Both the position numbers and the translations under genes were made by a program. The notes beneath the pieces are model-generated. The model had not been told where the DNA came from. It made no database searches and saw only the letters and a list, made by a program, of their open reading frames with translations. A stretch of DNA of 64,000 nt from Rebecca billardiae RCC1528 (taxonomy: Eukaryota > Protista > Haptophyta): NCBI GenBank assembly GCA_965240325.2, contig OZ251231.1, positions 2,294,001 through 2,358,000 on the forward strand. The letters are read 5' to 3'. Every line of letters begins with the position of its first letter. Within the stretch, counting starts at the first letter, position 1. This document shows, one piece after another, positions 23,226 to 35,021 of this stretch.

Positions 23226-24422
23226 TTACAATGTGTGCTCGCTACCGCTCACCTCATCCCCACCGATCCGAACGATCACCTTGCCCGGTGCATGCCCAGA
23301 ACGCACTCGCTCGTGGGCGGTGGCAATGCCATCGAGCGGCAGCTCCTCGCCCACGATGGGCTTCACCTTGCCCGCGTCGACCAGGGAGGCGATCTCGCGC
23401 AGCACAGCCCCGCCTGGGTGGACAAATACTTGGTGGAAGCGGACGGCGCCTGGCAAGAGCCGCGTCACCACCGAGCGCAGCGCGCCACCGAGGATGCGCT
23501 CGACGCGCGCCTCGGGAATCGCCAATCTCAGCGGATCCCGCTGCGTCGGCTCGAGGCCCCAGCTCGAAGAGGCTACGCGCACGTAGTGCCCGCCTGGCCG
23601 CAGCACGCGGCCCGAGCCCAGCGTGCGCTCTTCGTACAGGTACGAGAGCACGTCGACGACGAGCTCGACGGCGTTCGGCCCGAGCGCGCGCTCGAGCGCG
23701 GCCTCAAACGGCTCGGCCGCATAGTCCAGCACCAGCTCCGCGCCGAGCGCGCGCACACGCGCCGCGCTGGCGGCGGAGCACGTGGCGGCGACCCGCATCC
23801 CGAGAACGTGCGCGCAGTACTGCACGGCGAATGAGCCGACGCCGCCGCTCCCAGCCTGCACGAGCGCCCACTTGCCCGACGTCTGGCCGCCAAGCGCGGC
23901 CACCACCGGCTGCAGGCCCTCCACGACCGTCAGCCCAGCCATCGGCAGCGCGGCAGCGTGCGTGAGGCTGCACGAGGTGGGCGCGCGGGCGACGAGGCGC
24001 TGGTCGACGGCAGCATACTCGGCGGCCGAGCCCCACGTCGCACCGAGTAGAGGCATCATCGCAAAGACGCGATCGCCCGGCGCAAAGCCTGAGTCGGCCG
24101 GCGCGCTCACAACCGTGCCCGAGAGGTCGGTGCCGGGAATCTTCGGGAGCGGGAAGTAGGCGGCTGGGATGGCGTTCTCGCGCATCTTGATGTCGACTGG
24201 GTTGATACCGGCCGCGGCGACCCTGATCAGCACCTGGCTCTCGACCGGCAGCGGGCGGGGCACGCGCCCAACCTGCATGACCGATGCGTCACCATGGGCC
24301 GTGTACGAGCACGCCAGCATCGACTGCGACGGGTCTTCCAATGCGCGTGGGAAGAAGCGGTGGCTCAGGAACGGGCGTAACGGGAGGCGGACACGCCCTC
24401 GATCGTTGTAGAGGACGGACAT
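23226..24422 (-). CDS. NADPH:quinone oxidoreductase-like MDR-family oxidoreductase (RTN4IP1-like)
   Basis: VLIRVAAAGINPVD, IPGTDLSGTVV, AAALPMAGLT, LVQAGSGGVGSFAVQ, GHAPGKVIV; start uncertain (24422 or 24320). Confidence 0.88.
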   Translation of the reverse strand: MSVLYNDRGRVRLPLRPFLSHRFFPRALEDPSQSMLACSYTAHGDASVMQVGRVPRPLPVESQVLIRVAAAGINPVDIKMRENAIPAAYFPLPKIPGTDLSGTVVSAPADSGFAPGDRVFAMMPLLGATWGSAAEYAAVDQRLVARAPTSCSLTHAAALPMAGLTVVEGLQPVVAALGGQTSGKWALVQAGSGGVGSFAVQYCAHVLGMRVAATCSAASAARVRALGAELVLDYAAEPFEAALERALGPNAVELVVDVLSYLYEERTLGSGRVLRPGGHYVRVASSSWGLEPTQRDPLRLAIPEARVERILGGALRSVVTRLLPGAVRFHQVFVHPGGAVLREIASLVDAGKVKPIVGEELPLDGIATAHERVRSGHAPGKVIVRIGGDEVSGSEHTL

Positions 24423-24734
24423 ACCCTGCACCGCGGCCAGCCAGGCCCGCGTCGCGCGCCGGACTGGCGTGATGGCGGCCGGCGAGTCGGAACGGGAGTG
24501 GTCCTGTGGACGGTCAGCTACTCAGCTCACGAGCTTCTCTGCTTCCGGATCCAGGAACAAACCACCGGACATGTTCGGCCAACGACTTCCAAACAGGGGT
24601 TGGTCAGCAAGCAGTGTCAAGTACTGTCAACGGTCTTCGCCTGCGCCTCCCGCCGCCACACGCAGCTGCACTCAAGCTGTAGGCGTACCGCCGCGCCGCA
24701 CGTCATCACCACCGGGGCAAGACACAAGCTCGCG

Positions 24735-25655
24735 ATGATCCTGGACATGATCCTTGCGAAGCGTCAGCGTATTCTCTACGCGTCTTCTCACCACCTCGGC
24801 CAAGTCTCCGCCGCACGCGGCACGATCGGCTCGCTCGACGAGGACGCGCTCCTCGAGATCTTCAAGTTCCTCAGTGAGCCACGAACCCTCCTTGCCGCCA
24901 CGCAAGTGTGCAGCGCGTGGCGTCGCGTGGCAACCAAGCACAGCACTCGCCTCTGGTGCCACATGGATGTGTACATCAACTCGCTGGTGAAGTGTCGTGG
25001 TGAGGAACGTGCGTTGGTGACGCACATGCTCAATGTGGACGCCAAGCCGCGGACGATCGTTCTTCATGACCGCCACGGCAAGCTCGGCCACGACGCTGCG
25101 GCGCATTTGCTGAGCGGCCTGCCACTTCTTGCGCCCTCGCTCGTAAACCTTTCCATCCAGGAATGCGATCTACCTCCGTCTGGCGTGCAGATGTTCATTC
25201 GCGCGCTGCCGACGCTCCGCGGGCACTTGGAGGCCCTTGATCTCACAGGTGTCCCGATGAGCAACGAGGCCGCCGCGGACTTCTTCCGTGAACTGCCTGG
25301 GCTTGGCCAGTCGCTGCAGGAGCTCTCGTTGAGGGGCACGGGCATCGGCGACCAGGCAGTCATCGCTCTCGCAAAAGTGTTGCCGAATTTTGGCATTCGG
25401 ATGCGTCAACTCGACCTTGGCGAAAACACGATCGGGCCCCGTGGTGGTATGGCCCTCGCGCGCTCGCTCCCGTCGCTCCGTGCTCTAGAGCATCTAGACC
25501 TGTACGACAACCCATACACCACTCCGAGCAGTTCCGAATTCGATCTCAAGGCGATCGAGGCCGTTCGCCGCGCGTGCTCGTCCAGTTTTTGCAACGTGAT
25601 CCAAGACGCTGAAGACGTAGACGAATCCTACGGATGTGATGGGTGCTGCTGTTGA
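24735..25655 (+). CDS. F-box / ribonuclease-inhibitor-like LRR protein
   Basis: F-box LDEDALLEIFKFL...AATQVCSAWRRV; LRRs LQELSLRGTGIGDQAVIALA, LDLGENTIGPRGGMALA, LEHLDLYDN. Confidence 0.85.
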   Translation: MILDMILAKRQRILYASSHHLGQVSAARGTIGSLDEDALLEIFKFLSEPRTLLAATQVCSAWRRVATKHSTRLWCHMDVYINSLVKCRGEERALVTHMLNVDAKPRTIVLHDRHGKLGHDAAAHLLSGLPLLAPSLVNLSIQECDLPPSGVQMFIRALPTLRGHLEALDLTGVPMSNEAAADFFRELPGLGQSLQELSLRGTGIGDQAVIALAKVLPNFGIRMRQLDLGENTIGPRGGMALARSLPSLRALEHLDLYDNPYTTPSSSEFDLKAIEAVRRACSSSFCNVIQDAEDVDESYGCDGCCC

Positions 25656-26245
25656 TACTTGATGCGGTCGATGATGCACATGTGAGATGATGGTCAAAGG
25701 TCACAGGTGTAGTGCGCTGCATCTGGTCCCATCAGGAGCAATTGTGATCCGACACTGCCAGCGTCGCGGCTCGACTGGTGTTAGCAGCATGCTAGCTAGA
25801 GTCGTCTGTTATAAATATTTTCCTATTCCTCATCGTTCCTGCCAGTCGCGTGCTGCCGCGGACAAACTACATGTCCGGTAGTGGCACCGCTGACGCTGCG
25901 CAGCAGCCAACGACAGGCCCAGCCCGCGCATGTACTTGTCATCACAAGGTCGCTCTTCGTTCATCTACTCGTCGTGCCGTGTTCACTACAGTTTACTATG
26001 ATTTAACGTGCACACTTGGTTAAGGCGTGATTAACGCCATCCAACACTGCACAAAGTAATAAACGCGGTGCGCGGGTGAAAAATGCAGCCGCTCGTGCGA
26101 TCGAACGAATATCAAATTCGATCTATACGCTGCCACACGTGTACGCGCGCCGCTCGAGTAATAACTAATAGCTCGGCGACGCGCGCCGGACGGCCGGTAC
26201 GGCGGTTAGGCAGTGGTGGTTATGCGTGTGTGTGTGTATATATAT

Positions 26246-27199
26246 TGTTGAGCTGACGAGGCCAGGGGCGCGCATCTCAGCAGATGGCGTCGCCGGCGGT
26301 GAGTCAGGGCCGGTGCTGCAGCAGGCAGACCGGCGGCGCAGCTGCTGCAGAGCAGCAGTGCGGATGAACTGGCACAGTCTGGGGCACGCATCTCAGCAGA
26401 TGGCGTTGCCGCTGGGGTGTCAGGGCTGGCGCCGCATCAGGCGGGCCGGCAGCAGCAGCTGCTGCGGAGCAGTGGCTGGCAGCGCGCGCGTCCAGGACGC
26501 GCGCGGCAGCAGACGCGCGAGCGCGGAGCAGCGCGGGCGCAGCGGCGCGGGCGCGGAGCAGCGCGGGCGCAGCGGCGCGGGAGCGCGGAGCAGCGCGGGG
26601 CGCGCGGAGCAGCGCGGGCAGCGCGGAGCAGCGCGGAGCAGCGCGGAGCAGCGCGGAGCGCGCGGAGCAGCGCGGAGCAGCGCGGAGCAGCGCGGAGCAG
26701 CGCGGAGCAGCGCGGAGCAGCGCGGAGCAGCGCGGAGCAGCGCGGAGCAGCGCGGAGCAGCGCGGAGCAGCGCGGAGCAGCGCGGAGCAGCGCGGAGCAG
26801 CGCGGAGCAGCGCGGAGCAGCGCGGAGCAGCGCGGGCGTCATGCTGGTACACTGGATTTGTCCAAGGAAAGCAGGTGAGCAGCACCGGACATGGACGAGA
26901 AGCAGTGGTACAAAGTTGAGCGGCAACAGGACGGACGGTGCGATCGCCGATTGGCTGATCGCGGCAAAATCTGGGTAAGTCGGCACGGCGATGATACTAC
27001 CGCCCCGAGCCCAGGAGCGATCGGAGCTCGATCGCTGTTTTGGCCCGGCGCAAGAGCGCCGGAAATAAGGGCCAGGTTCAGAGGCTTGAGAGCTGATGAG
27101 ATCGCGAGGCATGTGATCCTCGCGGTGGCGTCCGTCCTGTCGTGCGCGGTGAGCTTTTAGCAGGGCTCGAGACGCTCGGAGCTTGCGGTAATCCCAATA
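26246..27199 (+). repeat. 5' LTR containing a (CAGCGCGGAG)n 10-bp minisatellite (~26620-26835)
   Basis: Direct repeat of 30029-30982. Confidence 0.9.
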
Positions 27200-30028
27200 T
27201 GCGCGCAGCAACCCCAGGGAGGGAGTTGTCCGCACTGTCCTTTCTCATCGATTGGGCTGATGGGCACGAGCGGCCGCGGTTGCAGGATGGGCGGAACGAG
27301 GAACTCTGGCGTCGCATGGAATGCAGCAGAGGTTCCTGGCCGAGAGCGCGGGCAAACTGGCGACGCTCTCGATGGGGCATGGCGCTACGATGCCAGGGAT
27401 CATCGGCATCATCTTCGCGCATGGCCCGGACGCGGAACTTCGCGTCGATTGGGAGGAACAGTACCTGTCGGTGATGAGCCCGACACGACAGCCTCCCGGA
27501 AGCTCACGATTGGATCTGAGCGGATGCAGCTGGTGCAGGAGAACTACTGCGTGCAGCGGCGGATGACTGAGCAGCGCTACTGGCACGATCGGCGCGAGCA
27601 CGCACCCCGAGCGCCGGGTGGCTGCACGGCAGCTGACGGCGGCGACGGCGGGCTCGGCGATCTACTCGGAGGGGCTGGCTCATCAACCTGTCCGGTGGTC
27701 TAGGGCACCGGATGGCGGCTGGCAGCTGGACTGGGTTTTGCGGTCCGGCTGGCACGGCTGGCACGACCGGACTGGACACAGGTCCGGCGGTTGGCACACC
27801 CGGATCTATCGGAATCGTCCGGGTGGAATCTGGCGACACGAGCGCCGTTACGGCGGCGGGCAGTGCTTGGCACTGGTCCTACGCCGGCAGCTGACGCGAG
27901 GCGCAGCTGGCAGTGCCACCGAGATGGCGGCGCTGGCGCGACTGTTGAGTCGCGGGAATCGCGCGCGCGCGAGGCGCGAGCGCGGGATCATGACGGGGCG
28001 GCGCAGCGGTGCCGAGACTACGTCTGCAGCTGACGCGAGGCGCAGCTGGCAGTGCCGCCGAGACGGCGGCGCTGGCGCGATCTTTGAGTCGCGGTATCCG
28101 CGCGCGCGCAAGGCGCGAGTGCGGGGTGACGGCGGGGCAGTGCATGGCACTCGGCCCACGCCGGGAGGTTCAGCTCGATTCCATGCTGCGGGCCGAGATC
28201 ATTCGGCGGCAGGTGGGGACCCGACGCTGAGGCGTCGGAAGCACACGCACGGCGCAGGACGCCGGTGCGGCGTGTGTGCGCGCAGCAGCGCGCGGCAGTG
28301 GCTCGGCGGCGCTGGGCGCACCGAACCAGGTGGTCGTACGCCCGGTGGTGGCGGCGGCACCCACACGTCCACGCACGAAGCTCATCGCCTGGCTCAGGCG
28401 GCGGTGGCGACGGCGGGGATCGTGGCGGCGGCCAAGACGGCGGAGAGATACCGACTGGCTGCGAGGGCGGAGGAGGCAGCGGCGGCGGCGATCAGCGCGC
28501 GCCGCGCGCGGAGCAGCTCCGTGGCTTCAACGTACTCTGGTACGTATGTCGTGTAGACGACGGACGTCTCTTCACTTGCGTGACGTACGCATCGACGAGA
28601 CCGACCTGGTCGAGGGGGGGCACTCGTCGCTGGGCGCACCTGACGGTGGCGCGTACGTGGGTGATGGTGACGGCGCCGCGGTAAGCGGCGGACATCGTCC
28701 GGTCGGCGGTGACGCCGACGGTGAGGACGAGGACGGCGACGGCGGCGAGCAGCCAGCCGACGCCGGGAATGACGACGCGACAGAGTTCGACGTCGGGTAC
28801 GACGACGACGCAGATGCGTCAACGTCGGGGCGCGGGCGCAGCAGCGTGGACGCGGGACAGCGCGGGTGCAGCAGCGCGGGCGCACAGCCGTCGACGCCGA
28901 CGCCGCAGGGCGGGCGTGGCGGGACAGGCGCGTCGATGACGCAGCCGGGTCGGCAGGGTCAGATACCGCCGGCGGAATCACGGCGCGGGGCCGCAGCAGA
29001 TGCTGGCGGGCCGCCGCGCGGCGCAGGACGATGACGGCGACGGCGGCGAGCCGCCGGCCGACGCCGGTGACGACGACGCGACGGAGTTCGACGTCAGGAA
29101 CGACGGCGACGCAGATGCGTCGGCGTCGGCGCGCGAGCGCGGCAGCGCGGACGCGGAACAGCGCACGGGCGCGGCAGCGCAGGCGCGGAACAGCGCGCGG
29201 GCGCAGCAGCGCGTGCGCACAGCCGTCGACGCCGACGCCGCAGGGCGGGCGTGGCGGAGCAGGCGCGTCAGTGACACAGCCTGGGTCGGCAGGGTCGGAT
29301 CCCGCCGACGGAATACCGGCGCGGGGCCGCAGCAGATGCTGGCGGGCCGCCGCGTAGCACAGGTGCGCGGGCGCAGCAGCGCGGGCGCGGGTCAGCGCGG
29401 GCGCAGCAGCGCGGGCGCACGGGCGCACAGCCGCCGATGCAGCAGGCCGGCGATCGGGGCGGTGCGGGCGCGCCATGGGCGCAGTCGCACTGGTGGTATG
29501 AGATACCACCGGCGCAACTTTGGCGCGGGACCGCCGCGCAGATGCGGGCGGGTTGCCGCGGGTCGCAGAGGCGATCGATGGCGGGCTCGAGCGATTCGGC
29601 ACGAACGCGAGCACGCGGATACGGCTGCCAGAGGCAGCGGCGCGCGCGAGGCTGACCGACGCGGACAAGGCGTTGGTTCAGCGCGCGGAGATTGACGAGC
29701 TCGACGACTTGCTCACTTTGGGTGACTCTGTTTGGTCTAACAACCCAGGGGAATCCGGGTGGAGGTCGACGGGTGGCTGCATCATTGTCTTCTACAATGG
29801 ATCGCCGGTGTCGTGGCACAGCAGCGGGCTGCAGGTTATGGCCCAGCTGAGCTCGACGGAGGCGGAGTACGTGGCGTGAGGTCAATGTACCACGCCGACA
29901 TCATGACGAAGGCGACGGACGACGCTGCTACGTTTGAGTGGCACGTCGACGCCATCATGGTGTGCGACACCCGACGCGCGCGCGATGAGCGGCGCTACTC
30001 GCTCGCGGCTATGGCTGTCGAGGGGGGG
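27200..30028 (+). pseudogene. Deleted/frameshifted Copia gag-pol remnant
   Basis: RSTGGCIIVFYNGSPVSWHSSGLQVMAQLSSTEAEYVA (~29760-29879), ADIMTKA, RT-like YVCRVDDGRLFT (~28540-28580); no continuous ORF; internal duplications. Confidence 0.8.
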
Positions 30029-30982
30029 TGTTGAGCTGACGAGGCCAGGGGCGCGCATCTCAGCAGATGGCGTCGCCGGCGGTGAGTCAGGGCCGGTGCT
30101 GCAGCAGGCAGACCGGCGGCGCAGCTGCTGCAGAGCAGCAGTGCGGATGAACTGGCACAGTCTGGGGCACGCATCTCAGCAGATGGCGTTGCCGCTGGGG
30201 TGTCAGGGCTGGCGCCGCATCAGGCGGGCCGGCAGCAGCAGCTGCTGCGGAGCAGTGGCTGGCAGCGCGCGCGTCCAGGACGCGCGCGGCAGCAGACGCG
30301 CGAGCGCGGAGCAGCGCGGGCGCAGCGGCGCGGGCGCGGAGCAGCGCGGGCGCAGCGGCGCGGGAGCGCGGAGCAGCGCGGGGCGCGCGGAGCAGCGCGG
30401 GCAGCGCGGAGCAGCGCGGAGCAGCGCGGAGCAGCGCGGAGCGCGCGGAGCAGCGCGGAGCAGCGCGGAGCAGCGCGGAGCAGCGCGGAGCAGCGCGGAG
30501 CAGCGCGGAGCAGCGCGGAGCAGCGCGGAGCAGCGCGGAGCAGCGCGGAGCAGCGCGGAGCAGCGCGGAGCAGCGCGGAGCAGCGCGGAGCAGCGCGGAG
30601 CAGCGCGGAGCAGCGCGGGCGTCATGCTGGTACACTGGATTTGTCCAAGGAAAGCAGGTGAGCAGCACCGGACATGGACGAGAAGCAGTGGTACAAAGTT
30701 GAGCGGCAACAGGACGGACGGTGCGATCGCCGATTGGCTGATCGCGGCAAAATCTGGGTAAGTCGGCACGGCGATGATACTACCGCCCCGAGCCCAGGAG
30801 CGATCGGAGCTCGATCGCTGTTTTGGCCCGGCGCAAGAGCGCCGGAAATAAGGGCCAGGTTCAGAGGCTTGAGAGCTGATGAGATCGCGAGGCATGTGAT
30901 CCTCGCGGTGGCGTCCGTCCTGTCGTGCGCGGTGAGCTTTTAGCAGGGCTCGAGACGCTCGGAGCTTGCGGTAATCCCAATA
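30029..30982 (+). repeat. 3' LTR with the same minisatellite (~30403-30618)
   Basis: Direct repeat of 26246-27199. Confidence 0.9.
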
Positions 30983-31498
30983 TATATGTATATTCGCGTC
31001 GTTATAGGTGATGTCACGTCGTACCCGGGGGTCCAGGGCGTCAGCGGCACGGTACCGCGAGACAGAGACTGCTCCGTGATGACTGCGCCACTCGTCATCT
31101 GTGACTGACACTGCTGTGACCTTACTCTCATCGGATCGGTAGACGGTAGTCACTGAGTCACCCCACCCGTCCGACTTGACACGCCGCCGGGTACTGATGA
31201 GACTCATGCTGACGACTGCTAGTGTGAGCGCGGTCGTCCCGCGCGCCGCAATGGCATCATCATGCAGTGCATATCATCTGATGAGCACTGACTGAGACGC
31301 GCTGATGCTAGCAGTTTATGGCGCGACCTAATGCCGGATTGAGACATTCGTCGTATACTACTACAGCTAGTATAGCAGGCGCGTTATCATCACCGACCGC
31401 CGGGGGCGACCAATATAGGCGATATCGACTGCTATATAATATATATATAGCGTATGAATAAGCGTTCGTCAGTCACTCGGGCGTCGGCGGATCAATAT

Positions 31499-34400
31499 TG
31501 GCCCGCGGTGCAGGGCGGAGCGCGCAGCGTGGAGCCCGCTCCGTGGGCCCTAACCACGTTTCAAAAAGATCTTTGATCAAAGAAAAAAGGGATGGGCTGC
31601 CATGGGGGACGATTTTCAGGGCTGGAGGAGACCGAGTTTCGAATTTTGAGACCGCAAGAGACATCCATTGCAGCGAGAAATGGACGCTGTCCGCTCTTTT
31701 GATAGTCAGAGGAATCAACGAAACCCACGTCCAAGTGTGCGAGGGTGGGTAATTGTGGGTAGACTGTGACCATAGTAAATGATCGGCTACGCCGATCTTC
31801 GGGTAGTGAACAACGAAGTTGATGGCGCACGGCCCTGGTAGTTGTCGCGTTCTTCACCGCCAATCACTACGATGCGCGCGCCCGGCGCGTCCGGCCGTGC
31901 AGGAGGCGCGGGCGCGAGTAATCGACTCGATCGACGGCCTCGGGGGGCTGGGCCGTGTCGAACTCGACGCGCAGCAGCCGCAGCGCCTCCGCCCGGTGCG
32001 CTTCGGGCAGCCCTGCTGTGGCCGCGCGCACGGTCCGCGGAGATCGCGCTCGGCAGCTCGCCCGTCAGCCTCGCACAGCCTTGCGCGCTCGGCAGGATCG
32101 GCGCAGCGTCGGACAAGCTCGCGCAGCTCGTCCTCGGCGTCGGCGGGGAAGAGCGTCGCGAGCAGCTGCGGCTCGAGCCTGTCTACGATGTCCCGCAGCC
32201 GCAGCAGCCGCTCCTTGCACGCCCTCGGCGTCTTCCCCTCGAATGCGGGCCACGCGCGCTGCGAGGTCGCGTGCAGCACGTGCGCATACTGCGACTGCAG
32301 CAGGCCAATGTCCCGCGGCTCGAGCCTGTCTACGATGTCCCGCAGCCGCAGCAGCCGCTCCTTGCACGCCCTCGGCGTCTTCCTCTCGAATGCGGGCCAC
32401 GCGCGCTGCGAGGTCGCGCCTGCAGCACGTGCGCCGATCGATGCTGCGACTGCAGCAGGCCAATGACAATGTCCTGCTCGATCGTCCACGACGAGTCGTT
32501 CTGCGTGTAGAAGCGCAGGACGTGCTGGTCGTGCATGGTGCGCAGCGCGGTGTGCAAGCGCGCGAACGCGCGCTCGGGCGAGTCCTCCGGCAAGAGCTCG
32601 TCCTGCGGCTCGGTGCCCGGCTGCCGCTCTCCCTGCCTGCGCGCCGCCGCACGCCGCGCGGACAGCCGCCAAATAACGCTTACGGGTAAGATTCCCTCAT
32701 TTGGTCATATCACTTGTTCGGCCACGCCCGCACGGCGCATATCTGGTCGAAGCGAACCGCCGTTTTTGTGAGTTTGTATAATAAGTTCATCTCAGAAATG
32801 GTACGGCGAAACGGTGCGAAAACGCGTGCCTAGGCGTTTTTGATTAGGCGAAGATCTGGCACGGGGTTCATTTCGCGGGTACCAATAGACAAACGAGCCG
32901 CGACGACGAACGTCGTGCCATAATACTGTTGATACTGAAACGTTGTTTTTGAAGTGTGGTTCTCTTCAGAGGAGAAGGATAATAGGAGACGATACTTTAC
33001 TCCTTGAATTGGAATCAGCAAACCAATAGTGTATATCAGCCGGAGAATCACGAACGGCCCACCATACTTATCAGAAAGATGCAGACGCCTTTGTCCTATT
33101 CGAGTTCGATTTCTTCTATTACTTACTATCCGAGGATTAAGGGGCAGTACAAACGCAATCATGAGCAGCGATATCGAGTCAAATGCGGATTTCACACCTA
33201 AATCCACCTACAAAAATCCCCCAAATCCTGCGCGTCCTCTTTTTTGATTTTGCGGAGCACGTGCACCGCCCCCCCCGGCTTTCGCTCACGCTCAGACCTT
33301 TCGGGGGGGCCGTGCGCCATAAGCACATGACCATAGTAAAACAAGCATAGTCAGTTAACAGGCCTCGCTGCCGCTACTAGGCGCGCGCCAGACACGGAGC
33401 GCGCGCACCAGTTCAAGTTGCGTCGCGCTGCGCACGGAGCATGCGCGACGAGATCGCGGCGGGGGCGGCGAGATCGCGGCGGGGGCGACGGGCAACAGCC
33501 TGCCCGCGGGCGCGTTCGTCACTCGAGGAGCAGCGCGCAAGGGCGAGCCGAGTCCGGAGCACGCGAGCTCGTCGCTCGCCGCCCGGAGCAGAGCGACCGC
33601 CGAGCGAGCGGCGCGCCAGAGCTGATGAGCCGGATGCGCCCGGAGCTCGCGCGGCTGAAGGGCGAGCTCAAGCACGCGAGCTCGCGCCTCGACGCTGAGC
33701 GCGAGCTCCTCCTCAACTCGGTCGACGGCGGCGCGGAGGTGCAGCAGCGTGAGGACGAGCAGGAGCATCAGTGAAACGCGCGCCGGTTCCGGGTCGCGCA
33801 GCGGCGCCCAGCTGCCTGCACGCGAGCGGCGGCCACGTGGCGCGAGGAGCTGCGTGGGGAAATCGCCGCGCGCGTCGACGCGGCGATCACCGGGCTGCAG
33901 GCCTCGCCAATCGACGCGGTGCGCACCCTCGCCGCCAGCCGCGACGACTCCGCCGTCGAGCTGCAGCAGCTGCGCGCGCAGATGCCAGAAGTGCCGATGG
34001 GCGGCGGCGTTACCCGCGGCGTATCAGCAGGCTGACGTGCACGAGCACGTGACACGCGGAGGCGCTACGCGCCAAGCTGGCGAAGTGCGGCGCCGAGCTC
34101 GACGAGCTGAGCGACGCGGCAACGGACGCGCTGGGCGCCCGCGCTGCCATCGTCGCGGCGCCCTCCAGCAGCTCGAGCAGCTGTGGATAGATGGCTGTCG
34201 AGGCGACCGCGGGTGTGACTCACAGTGTGAGTGAGTCGCGCGCGGCTCAGCCTGCCGCTGGCAGCCGCCGTCTTCGAGGCCGACGCGGCGGAGGAGGCGG
34301 TGGGCGAGCACGGCGGCGCGGTGGAGCAGGCGCGCACGCGCGGCGGCAGGCGCGACGCGCCGCTCGCCTCGTTCCACCGCCCCGAGCTCCGCTCGGTCGG

Positions 34401-34794
34401 TCTCGGTGCGAGGCTGCGCAGCCGGCAGGCCGGGGCCAGCAGTGGCGCGCGCTCTCGCTCTGCCGGCACGAGCGACCAGCGGCCCGTCGTCGAGCGCATG
34501 GCGCAGGGCGAGTATCTCAAGCAGGTGCGCCCGCTCGCGCGCACGCGCCGGCTCGCGCCGCGCCAGCGCCTCTCGCCCTGCCTGCGCGCGCGCGCCGGCC
34601 GCTAGTCCCCGCGGCGGCCCGCGGCGACAGTCCTCGGCCCGCCGGCCCGGTGGGCGGCAGTGACTGAGTTGGCGGTGGCAGCTCAGGCGAACTGTTACAC
34701 ATGTCAGACCGAGACAGCAGCCGACGGAGGGTGCACCGCGGGCCCCGAACTACGTTCGTTCTACGGAAAAAGACCGCGGAATAACGCGGTCATA
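31499..34794 (+). mobile_element. Helentron/DINE-1-like family 1 copy B, with a nested element and coiled-coil-like gene-fragment cargo
   Basis: 5' TGGCCCGCGGTGCA; subTIR TGCACCGCGGGCC 34732-34744; 3' hairpin GACCGCG..CGCGGTC-ATA ending 34794. Confidence 0.75.
31779..33320 (-). mobile_element. Helentron-like family 2 element nested in copy B
   Basis: Perfect 14-bp subTIRs ATGGCGCACGGCCC (31822-31835) / GGGCCGTGCGCCAT (33307-33320); terminal hairpin GATCGGC-TAC-GCCGATC (31781-31797); absent from the homologous site of copy D (39215-39250). Confidence 0.75.
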
Positions 34795-35021
34795 TTCAAT
34801 AAATCAATAATCGCGTAGTCTAATCCAGTCAATTTGACCACTTGCCTACTCTTACTCTAGCATTTAGCGCTGCTGGCGATCGCGACATCACGACTCGTCA
34901 GCAATGATCTGATCGGTCCAACAGCCTCAGGCTCATCACCGCGTTATTGGGAGCTCAAGCCAGTCAGGCCGCGCACCGGACTTGTTTGCGTTGCGTTGTT
35001 TCATCGGAATCGGCGGATGAC

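Larger units (their letters stand above)
26246..30982 (+). mobile_element. Non-autonomous Ty1/Copia LTR retrotransposon
   Basis: Two apparently identical 954-bp LTRs (26246-27199, 30029-30982; TGTTG...CAATA), TSD TATAT, polypurine tract GAGGGGGGG before the 3' LTR, Copia RNase H motif inside. Confidence 0.92.

Noticed and set aside
26620-26835. Tandem array as a CRISPR or a repeat protein (AEQRGAARSS)n
   Set aside because: 10-bp minisatellite without spacers, duplicated in both LTRs; no cas genes; eukaryotic DNA
29834-29850. GGTTATGGCCCAGC resembling a half-tRNAiMet primer-binding site
   Set aside because: Lies within the RNase H coding motif far from the 5' LTR; likely coincidental
32830-33247. 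AT-rich block as organellar or viral DNA, or small ORFs
   Set aside because: No recognisable genes; falls in the 5' part of the nested family-2 element
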